Source: Eledone cirrhosa (taxonomy: Eukaryota). From it: a DNA stretch of 64,000 nt. The notes beneath the pieces were generated by a model. It saw nothing but the letters and a program-made list of their open reading frames with translations, did no database searches and had not been told where the DNA came from. Within the stretch, counting starts at the first letter, position 1; the number at the start of each line of letters is the position of its first letter. Made by a program: the position numbers and the translations under genes. Below, piece by piece: positions 54,585 through 64,000 of the stretch. The stretch is taken from assembly GCA_964016885.1 (NCBI GenBank), contig OZ024743.1, forward strand, positions 235,786,001 to 235,850,000. Direction: 5' to 3'.

Positions 54585-55903
54585 ATTTTCACTGTTATTA
54601 TTAATTATTATTATTGGGCTTGTATGGTTCTCTGTCTCTCTCTTTTGCTTGGACCAACTAAAATATGAGTCCTGACCTGGCCTCACCTCACACAACCTAC
54701 TTGACCCTGAACTATCACCAGCCGCCAACGCCAGGTACAACAGGCCCTACTAGTGATGTTCTAGCTAACACAACCAGAGTTTATAGTGAGTGATAGTGAG
54801 TCAGTGAGAAGAGAGGGAGGGTGAGACAGAGTGCGAAAGTGAGAGAGTGAGAAAGTGAGAGAAAGTGTAAGAGAGTTAGAGCCCAAGGACATTGAAAAAG
54901 CTAAATGTAAGGTTGCTATGTACCTCTTTACACACACGGAGTGTTGAAAAACTAACGTTTGACTGTTCAAGAAATGTAAAAAGCTAGTTTTCGATCAGCT
55001 ACTAATTATCTGGGCTGGGTTGGGCTGCGTTTGGTAGGGCCGGGTGTCTGGGGTTTGTTTTGGAGGGTAAAATGTTGAATTTTTTTTTTTTTTTCTAGAT
55101 TCTGTGAAAAGCGAAGTGACAGTTCCAAAACGTGTGTATATATATATATATATATATATGCAATATACACAGTAATGAAAACTGTATGAGAAAGCTAATT
55201 AAAAAGTGTAATTAGAAAGAATTATGGTTTATAGCAGAGTGAAGAAGGTGGAGTGAGGGATGAAATTGTGGGATATTTGGTTTTGGTGAAATTTACTCCA
55301 CTATTGGATAAGAAAAAGTTTGGTTAAAGAACTTCTACAGAAGTGAGGTTGTTGTTGTTGAAGGTAGACAAATGACATCCAGGTATATAGTAGACAGCTA
55401 ACAATACTTTGTGTATGTCAGCTCAGGTGTAAAATGTTGGTAAAAGAACTTCACAAAAGTGAAATGCTTGTTGTGGGGTAGATGACATCCAGGTATGTAA
55501 GCAGGTAACCGTACTTTAATTTGTGTTAGCTGAGGTGTTAGACACTATATAACAAATATATCATACTTCTCTCATATGAAAGATGACGATTGGGTGGTTG
55601 GTGTGGAGGTGTGTGGGGTATGTAGCTATGTGGGTGGGTGTCTATGTGGCTATGTGTATGTATGTGGGTATGTGTGTGTATGTGTGCGCAAGTGTAAATA
55701 CTTAAGCATGTATGTGTATATGAATATGTAAGCGTGTATATATATATATATATGTGTGTGAGCGAGTTATGTGTCTATGTAAGCGTGTATGTATATATAT
55801 GTATGTGTGAGCGTAGTTATGTGTCTACTTTAGCGGGTGTTTATGTATGTGTATATGAGTGTGTCAGATGTATCAGCCCAGTAGGTACCCCCGTTTATCT
55901 TAC

Positions 55904-55924
55904 AAATTCTGGTTGGTCAGATAC
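55904..55924 (-). CDS. Candidate 21-nt microexon (VSDQPEF in phase 0)
   Basis: Strong acceptor tttcttctttccttcgtctacttcag and donor GTAAGA. Length is a multiple of 3. Confidence 0.45.
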
Positions 55925-56880
55925 CTGAAGTAGACGAAGGAAAGAAGAAAGTTTGGCAGCCTTTGACCACTCCCCCTCCTCCTACAACAACAACAACACG
56001 ACTGTTATGTGAGATGGGGTGACGAGAGAGGCAATGTGCCTGTGTGTGTGTGGGGGGGGGGGGGTGAAGTATAAACGAAGAAATAGACAAAAACAACAGC
56101 AGGAATAATTTTGAAGGGGAAAAAAAAAAATATTTAAAACGATAAAAGATAAACAGATTTAATGAAAGAGATTTAATTTGTCCAGGCTTGGTTAAGGACG
56201 GCGATGTTTTATGTGTTTTGATACTTTGAATATCTACTGAGAAGAAACATAACCTAGAGAGGTGCCAGAAAATTAGAGTGAAATTTGTCCGGGCTTGGGT
56301 GAGGAAGGTGTGTTTTTCTTATGTCTGTTTAGCTTGTAAGTAGCTTCACATCAGCTGAGAGAAGAAGGTAGATAGATATAGAAGCCGACGAAACGATAGC
56401 CAAACAAACACACGCAAAATAATCTAAACGATAAAAAAATGCTATCGGTAATAAACTCGGTGTCTCTCCTTCTTCAGACATCAACTATAATAGCAACAAC
56501 AAGAAGAGGTAGCTATTGAGAAAGAATTATATATTGTGTGAATGTGTGGGGGGTTTAAGTTTGTGTGTGAGTGGGTTTAGATGTGTGTGTGTGAGAGAGA
56601 GTGTGTTTAGGTGTGTGTGCGTGAGAGAGAGAGAGAGGGGGTGTGTTGAGGTGTGTGTGAGAGAGTGGGTTTATGTGTGTGTGAGTGTATTTAGGAGTGT
56701 GTGTTTTCTCAACGTGAAGTTGTGGTGAAAGCAGATAGTATTATTATTGTAAGAATATCAGAATCAATAAAAGGAAGCAAAGACGACAACAACATGAAGA
56801 ACAATAAGAATATACTTCACCGCAATGGTGGTTTATGAGAGGGAGGGAGTGGGGGGAAACACATACATACATATATAATG

Positions 56881-56935
<55 letters not shown>

Positions 56936-57704
56936 ATGAAGGTAGAGGAGAATTATAACGTTGGTTGTGTAAATAAAAACAAAATAGAGAAACCTTATCC
57001 GAGTGGGGGAAGGACTCTAAAAGACAAAATTAAGTGTATTGGCGAGACAAAAGAATATAAATGGAAGCAGGGGAGGGTGTTAAGTGTTAAAAGAATAATA
57101 ATACCGACTGAGAATGGTATGATGGTAGCCGGGGTTAAAGACCATAGCTAGGGAGGTGAATAAATGTTGAAATTTCGCTGCGCACCGAAGTACTTCATCG
57201 TTATAAATATGATATAGTGAGAATATAAATGTTGTCTTCTTCCTAACGTGACAGTATAATTGGAGATGGATGGAGGTATAACAATACTAGACTGGATTGA
57301 ACCGTTCGGTGGTGGTGGTCGTGGTTGTAGCACTCGGTCCCACCAAGACCTTAGAAACACCTGAAGGAAGCATGTGATGTTGTGGTGGTTGTGGCTTCCC
57401 GGAAGATATAACCAGCTATCTATCGCACAGGAACATTGCAGTGGATGTGTCGAGGTGCTCACAACAGCAATTAAGAGCGATAGTAGTAGTAGTAATAATA
57501 GTAATAGTAGCAACGATACGACTACTACAACCACTATTACTACTGAGAAGACCAAACAGCAGTAAATTATACAGCAATGTTTAGTAGGAGAGCTAGACTA
57601 GTTTTTCTGTGATAAATATATATCAAGTATATTTATTGATAGTCAGTATATTCAGCTGGTATAGAAAGAAACACGCTCACACGTACACAGAACTAGTGTG
57701 AGTG

Positions 57705-57741
<37 letters not shown>

Positions 57742-57827
57742 TATACATTACGGAGGGATCAGAGCTCTATAACCTCTACACAGGAATTCTTAGTCGACTA
57801 CGAAACGAACACGACATAAGCCACTTG

Positions 57828-58856
57828 ATAATTATGGTAACAAAGCCCAACAATGTTTTCGGGAAGAAGAAAGTCGATAATATCGATCCTAGTACTTGAT
57901 TGGTACTTTATTTTATCAATCCCGGAAGGATGAAAGAGTTGACCTCCAGGGGATTTGAACTCAGAACAGGAAAACAAACCAAAAGCGAACAAACACCAGA
58001 AAACATGTTAACATAATAATAATTGTTTCTACTTTAGGCACAAGGCTAGCAATTACCCAGTACATTACTGGTACTTTATTTTATCGACCCCGTAAGGATG
58101 AAAGGCAAAGTTAACCTCGGCGAGATTTGAACTCAGACCGTAAAGCGCCGTAACTCTATGCTGCTAAGCAAGGCGTCTGACCCTTTACCGATACTGCCAA
58201 TCCACCGCAATAATAACGGTTTCTAAATTAAGTAGAAAACCTGTGATGTTTAAAGGAAGAGTCGATCACATCGATCCCAGTATATGACTGGTAGCTTATT
58301 TTATTGATACAAGACGAAAGACAAAGTTGACCTCAGCAAGATTTCAACTTAGAGCCAGCTGGAACAAATACTACAAAGTAATTTCCCCGACGCTCTACTG
58401 ATTGTCAAATTTTCATCTTCATGATAATGGTTTCTTATATAAGCACACGGCCAACAATTTCTTGGGGAGGGGAAGTTGTTTAAATATACCTCAGTTCATG
58501 ACTGGTACTTCATTTTATTGACCCTGTAAGGATGAAAAATAAAGCTTAATCACGGCGGGATTTGAACAAAGAACGTAAATGGCCGTAACTCTGTGCTGCG
58601 AATCATGGAGTCTGGCGTTCTACCGATTACTGCAAATACGCTGCCCTAGTTTTCACCTTCATAATAATAATTGTTTCTACTTTTGGCACAAGGCCACAAT
58701 TACCTAGTACATTACTGGTACTTTATTTTATCGACCCCGTAAGGATGAAAGGCAAAGTTAACCTCGGTGGGGTTTGAACTCAGAATGGAAAGGGCCGTAA
58801 CTCTATGCTTTAAATCATGGCGTCCGATCCTCTACCGATACTGCCAATCCACCGAA
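57828..58856 (-). mobile_element. Array of five Meta-like SINEs
   Basis: Copies at ~57828-57970, 58020-58208, 58212-58408, 58425-58648 and 58668-58856. Confidence 0.85.
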
Positions 58857-58882
58857 TGGTGGAGTGACAGTATCGGTAGAGG

Positions 58883-59003
58883 GTGTGGGGCTGGGTAAAC
58901 AGGTGTTATATTAGGAGTTGGGCTGGGTAAACAGGTGTGGGGTGGGGTAAACAGGTGTGGGGTTAGGTAAACAGGTGTTATAGTTCGTGTGGGGCTGGGT
59001 AAA
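58883..59003. repeat. Short GGGTAAACAGGTGT(GG) minisatellite
   Basis: Seen directly. Confidence 0.8.
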
Positions 59004-59140
59004 TATAGTAACGAGGGTCGGGACAGAGACGATATACAATAGAGATTAATTTGATAAAACATGGAATTACTATATTGTTATTATTTACGAAACGAATTCG
59101 GTATGTGCGACTTTATAAGAATTACATGATGGTCAGTGTT

Positions 59141-59416
59141 GAGAGAGAGGGAGGGGATGGGGAGAGAGAGAACAAACGAGAGAAGAGTAGAGAGAGAGAG
59201 AGAAGGAAGAACAGGGGGAGAGAGAGCAAACGAGAGAGAAAGAGAGCAAACGAGAGAGAAAGAGAGCAGGGAGAGAGGGAGGGAGCGAGAGAAGGAGAGA
59301 GGGAGGGAGCGAGAGAAGGAGAGAGGGAGGGAGCGAGAGAAGGAGGGAGGGAGGGAGCGAGAGAAGGAGGGAGGGAGGGAGCGAGAGAAGGAGGGAGGGA
59401 GGGAGAGAGAGGGAGA
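59141..59416. repeat. Purine-rich tract with a 20-bp tandem (GAGGGAGGGAGCGAGAGAAG)
   Basis: Seen directly. Confidence 0.9.
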
Positions 59417-60164
59417 TGGTTGAAGGAGAAAGGGTTAAAGGTATTAGAGAGATATGTTACCACAGTTTAATAGCATCTTACACAAACCACAAGGTAGTCG
59501 ATATGATGTTAGAAACCGACTATCGATCTGTTGTTAATAAGATAACGATTGAATATGACCAGGCTGCCAAATCATAGCAGAACCGAGGAGGAAAATAGTT
59601 TAACCCTTTCCTCGCTGTATTTCTAATGGACTACGTTGTATTTTAATTAATTAGTGGAGGATATAGAGGGATTAAGACTTTTCATTATTAAGATGCCTTT
59701 TGTAACAGATCTTAACAAAAGCTTCTCATATAAAACTATATCGGGAGATTTTCATTTAAGTAGGAACACTTTAAAATGTGTGGTGTTATCGTGTTGGTGG
59801 TATCACTTCGTTTATCATGACATCCGGTAATTTCCGTGAGAGAAAAAAATGGCAATTTCTTTCAAAACCAAACAAAAACTAATGTTATCAACATAGAAAT
59901 ATTATTTCTACAAAATACTAAGAAACTGGACATCAGTTATATGTGGTGTGATATATATATCTAGGGCGGGTAACATTCCTAAGAACCATGGACAAGTTCT
60001 CTACATTAAGGTACAAGGAAACAGCGAGATACCTAGGTAGAGGCACAATCTATCTACACACACACTATTATCCCATAACTTTCTTAATATATTCTGCAGA
60101 TGTTGGGTGAGGATTAGCTTGATAAAAAGAAACTTGTTTATTTACACTCCCGTAAATTACCTAC

Positions 60165-60471
60165 TGTGTTTACGTCACGTGTGCCGGCGGCAACGGATAC
60201 CACATGTGGTGGTGACAGCAGCGGATGGTGCCACATGTGGCATGTTTACGTCACATGCCGTTGTCGGCACCGGGGTGGTGCTTCATGTGGCATGTTTACG
60301 TCACATGCCGGTGTCGGCAGCGGGGTGGTGCCTCATTACGTCAAATGTCGGCGGCAGGGGTGGTGTCACATGTGCCGGCGGATGGTGCCACATGCGACGA
60401 TTACGTCGCGTGACGGTGGTGTCACATGTGACGTGACATGTAGTGGTTGATACCACATGTGGGGTGTTTAC
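60165..60471. promoter_or_regulatory. CpG-rich degenerate tandem repeat with clustered TGTTTAC / TTACGTCA / CACATG-CACGTG motifs (candidate enhancer)
   Basis: Three TGTTTACGTCAC(A/G)TG composites, four TTACGTCA in total, and many CACATG. Function is inferred only. Confidence 0.4.
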
Positions 60472-60498
60472 CTTCCGCCTCTCCCTGTTATGGTCTTC
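60472..60498 (-). CDS. Candidate 27-nt microexon (EDHNRERRK in phase 0)
   Basis: Polypyrimidine tract ttttcctctctcatttctgtaag, purine-rich exon and AAG|GTAAAC donor. Confidence 0.3.
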
Positions 60499-60884
60499 CT
60501 TACAGAAATGAGAGAGGAAAATATACAAAAACAAATAAAAAGAATGTGGTAAGATGTGTGGGTGGGTAGGAGATAGATGAGAATGGGGTGTGGTCAGTGC
60601 AGGGAGGGTGGGGACGGTACACTTTACTTAAGAGAACAACGCTGGGTGGTTATTTGGATTTGAAAAATAGCAGCGAAATCTGCCACTAAACGATCTTTAC
60701 TGGCCAGATATCTGAATAATGACGAGTTGGTCACGACTGGAAAACCTACCATCAGGTGTTGTGGGGCCTTAACAACAACCACAACAATTGTATCTATTTC
60801 ACAAAGAAGCAGAATGTGAGAAATTGGAGGTCGAGAGTTTAGTAGAAATATAGAGAATCTGTTGAGGTGGGTGGGGCCTCGACA

Positions 60885-61310
60885 GGGAGTACTTTATTTT
60901 AACCACTCCTATACTAACTGGTACTTCTTTTTATAGACCACAGTACTTAACTGGTACTTTATTTTAGCGACCACATACAGCAATACAGAACTGGTACTTG
61001 TTTTATGGACTACAGTACATCACAAGGTTTATTTCATCAACTAAAGTACTTGACGGGTACTTTAGTTTATCAGACCCTAGTAATCAACTGGTATTTTATA
61101 TCAACCCCTAAAGGATGAATGAAATGCAACACTGACCTGGACAGGTTGTGAACTCACAACAACACCCATATAAACATACAACAACAATATCTATACCAAC
61201 AACAACAACACCCATATAAACATACAACAACAATATCTATACCAACAACAACACCCATATAAACATACAACAACAACAACAACAACAACACCCATACCAA
61301 CACAACAACC
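60885..61310. repeat. Degenerate tandem of the Meta-like SINE core, followed by a (CAA)-rich ~40-bp tandem
   Basis: Repeated actggtacttt.tttta..gacc units to 61155, then caacacccatataaacatacaacaac x3. Confidence 0.7.
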
Positions 61311-61617
61311 GAAACTAAAGATTTTAAATTAAATCTTTGATGTAATTCGAAACATTTTTTAAAGTCGGCAAAACTACGAGAAGAAAGAAAATTACAGGTG
61401 TTTAACAGGTAGGTAAATAAATTATCTATTAAATAAGCAACATAGTTTGATATTATATATATATATATATACACACACACACATTTCATTAAGGCTAAAT
61501 ATTTCACCTGTTTAACAAAGGGTCTATTTAGCCTTAACAAAATGAACTTTTCTTAGGTATTATTGAATACTCTTTTCTTTCAGTTATCAACTGCATACAG
61601 ATATATAAATATTATAC

Positions 61618-62350
61618 CACACACAGATGTAGTGTGATAGCAGGCAAACTAACAGGTAGGGAAAACTACGTATGCAGTAAATGTACAGGGAAAGTTGGCA
61701 GTAGTAATCGCAGTGATAGACACATTTTTCCAATGCAGGTAGGTTCTATAGAAGTGGTTGATAGCTTCCGGTACCTAGGTGATCAGATTAGCATGGGAGT
61801 GAAGTGGTCCAAGGCCATAGTATCTAGAATAAGGACGGGTTGGAAGAAGTTTAGGGAGCTGCTTCCTCTGTTGACAAAGAAGGGTTTCTCTCTGCGTACA
61901 AAAGGACGATTATATGATGCCTGTATGAGATGCACGATGCTGCATGGTAGTGAGACATGGACAGCAACTACAGAAGATATGTGATGGCTGGAGAGAAATG
62001 AAGCAAGTATGCTACATTGGATGTGCAATGTCAATGTGTGTGAACGACCCAGCATAGACGTGTTGAGAGAGAAACTGGGTATAAGAGGGATAAGTTGAGG
62101 TGTGCAGGAGAGAAGGCTGAGATGGTATAGACATGTGATGCGCATGGAGGTTGACTGCTGGGTAAAGAAGTGCCAAGAAATCCCAGTAGAAGGAAGACGC
62201 AGTAGAGGAAGACGATGAAAAAAATGGGCGGAGGTGGTGAGAACAGACCTCAGATCGCTGAAACTCACGAATGAGATGACGAAGGACCGTGACAAGTGGA
62301 GAGATGCAGGGAAAAGCGGATGATGGTGATGGTGGTGGTGGTGATGGTGA
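61618..62350 (+). mobile_element. RTE LINE 3' fragment beginning in the PHD-like finger
   Basis: Encodes H.RCS...YVCSKC...EVVDSFRYLGD...GWKKFRELLPLL...MLHGSETW, with stops downstream. Confidence 0.93.
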
Positions 62351-62361
62351 TGATTATGATT

Positions 62362-62393
<32 letters not shown>

Positions 62394-62398
62394 TATAT

Positions 62399-62593
62399 CA
62401 GACCTGTCAACTTTCCCTATCCCACGGCGAGATCTCCCACCCACTTTGGGGTTGGTGAGAGATGCCTTCTCTTGTTAAAATAGGTATAGCTTTCATTATG
62501 TAAAATCTCCCCATTTTGTCTCATTTTTCCCTGTTTCCAGACACTTATTTTCATGGTACTCCCCGTTTGGGTTTTTAGAGGTTGGCAGGTCTG
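62399..62593. mobile_element. MITE with hAT-like TIRs
   Basis: CAGACCTGTCAAC ... GTTGGCAGGTCTG (13-bp TIR, 1 mismatch). Length 195 bp, no TSD visible. Confidence 0.7.
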
Positions 62594-62820
62594 CCATTTC
62601 ACAACAAAGGACCTTTATATTAAAATGAATGTTTCCCCTCATACACAGAATTACTTGACTTCCAGTGTAGAAAATAAACAACCAACAGAGATAAATGTTT
62701 ATATTTTGAGAGAGGAACATATACAATAGTGTGTGTATAGAGAGAGGAACATATACACACTAGTGTGTATATAGAGAGGGACACATACATACTAGTGTAT
62801 ATATAGAGAGAGGAACACTA

Positions 62821-62868
<48 letters not shown>

Positions 62869-62869
62869 C

Positions 62870-62997
62870 GACTAGAAGGAGCAATGTGAAATAAAGTGTC
62901 TTGCTCAAGGACATAACGAATCACCTGATCCAGGAATCAACTCATAACTTCAAGATTGCGAATCCAATTCTCTAACTACTCAGCCACACGCCTTCAC
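62870..62997 (-). mobile_element. CORE-like SINE 5' part
   Basis: ggagcaatgtgaaataaagtgtcttgctcaagg...ctaactactcagccacacgccttcac. Confidence 0.8.
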
Positions 62998-62999
62998 AT

Positions 63000-63109
<110 letters not shown>

Positions 63110-63316
63110 GATACACACTAGTGAGTATATATAATAATGAAAATATTGTGTACAGTGCTCAGGTGCACTACAACTCATCAAAAAGTGTATGTATAGTACA
63201 TAGGGTAATGTACAAACGTCAGGAAAATGAACAGTGCATGAGTCATGATATACACATATATAGAGAAACAGATACACAATAGTGTGTGTGTGTATGTATG
63301 TGTGTGTATATATGTG

Positions 63317-63401
<85 letters not shown>

Positions 63402-63600
63402 GGATACACAATACTACTTTATGTATATTTTGTTTATAACAAAATACTTGAAATTTTGTACTTGGCTCCCAGCTACTGGGTTAAGAACCGCTGACTATAT
63501 ATATAGAAATATGTGTGTGCATATATATATATATGTGTATGATTGTGCAGATGTATATATGTGTGTGTGTGTGTGCATATATATATATATATGTGTGTGT

Positions 63601-64000
63601 CATCATCATCATCATTTTACGTCCGCTTTTCCCTGCTTGCAAGGGTGGGACGGGTCTTATTCAGCACAGCATCTCTCCACTCGTCACGGTCCCTCGTCAT
63701 CTCCACCGTGAGCTTCAATGATCTGAGGTCTGTTCTCACCACCTCCGCCCATGTTTTTCGTGGTCTACCTCTACCACGTCTTCCCTCAACTGGCATTTCC
63801 TGGCACTTCTTCACCCATCGGTCATCCTCCATGCGCATCACATGTCCATACCACCTCAGTCTCCTCTCCCGTACACTACATTCTATCCCTCTCAGACACA
63901 GTTTCTCTCTCAACACATTTATGCTGGGTCGTTCACGCACATTTACACTGCACATCCAACGGAGCATGCTTGCCTCATTTCTCTCCAGCCGTCGCATATC
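63601..64000 (-). mobile_element. RTE LINE 3' end (short-UTR subfamily), continues beyond the window
   Basis: Intact C-terminal ORF 63617-63997 with a (GAT)n tail. Confidence 0.94.

Noticed and set aside
57148-57555. 135-aa minus ORF with a hydrophobic, signal-like N-terminus
   Set aside because: The hydrophobic run comes from a (CTA/TTA)n microsatellite, there is no ATG start and no clear donor. It could be UTR but is unsupported.

Overview
This is eukaryotic, AT-rich, extremely repeat-dense DNA. It is most likely a coleoid cephalopod (octopus-like), inferred from the repeat repertoire and not proven. No prokaryotic operon, CRISPR array, rRNA or true tRNA gene is present, and most long ORFs in the track are microsatellite or minisatellite artefacts. 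The window contains: a 5'-truncated RTE-clade LINE (APE-RT with a PHD-like finger), present twice across a 199-N gap as a probable assembly overlap, plus many RTE 3' fragments; a full-length but decayed DD37D (maT) Tc1/mariner transposon; CR1-like, CRE/RLE-like and L1/Tx1-like LINE remnants; two tRNA-derived SINE groups (CORE-like and Meta-like); a non-autonomous Helitron; a hAT-like MITE; and Penelope-like remnants, including a minimal hammerhead ribozyme. The unique sequence suggests the intronic/5' part of an unidentified minus-strand gene, with a probable alternative first coding exon (54353-54584) and candidate microexons. The most notable observations are a CpG-rich cluster of overlapping FoxO/CRE/E-box motifs, the hammerhead, minisatellites that visibly arose inside TE fragments, SINE tail swapping at a hairpin, and repeated fold-back hairpins. 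I cannot claim a genuinely new biological system from sequence alone.
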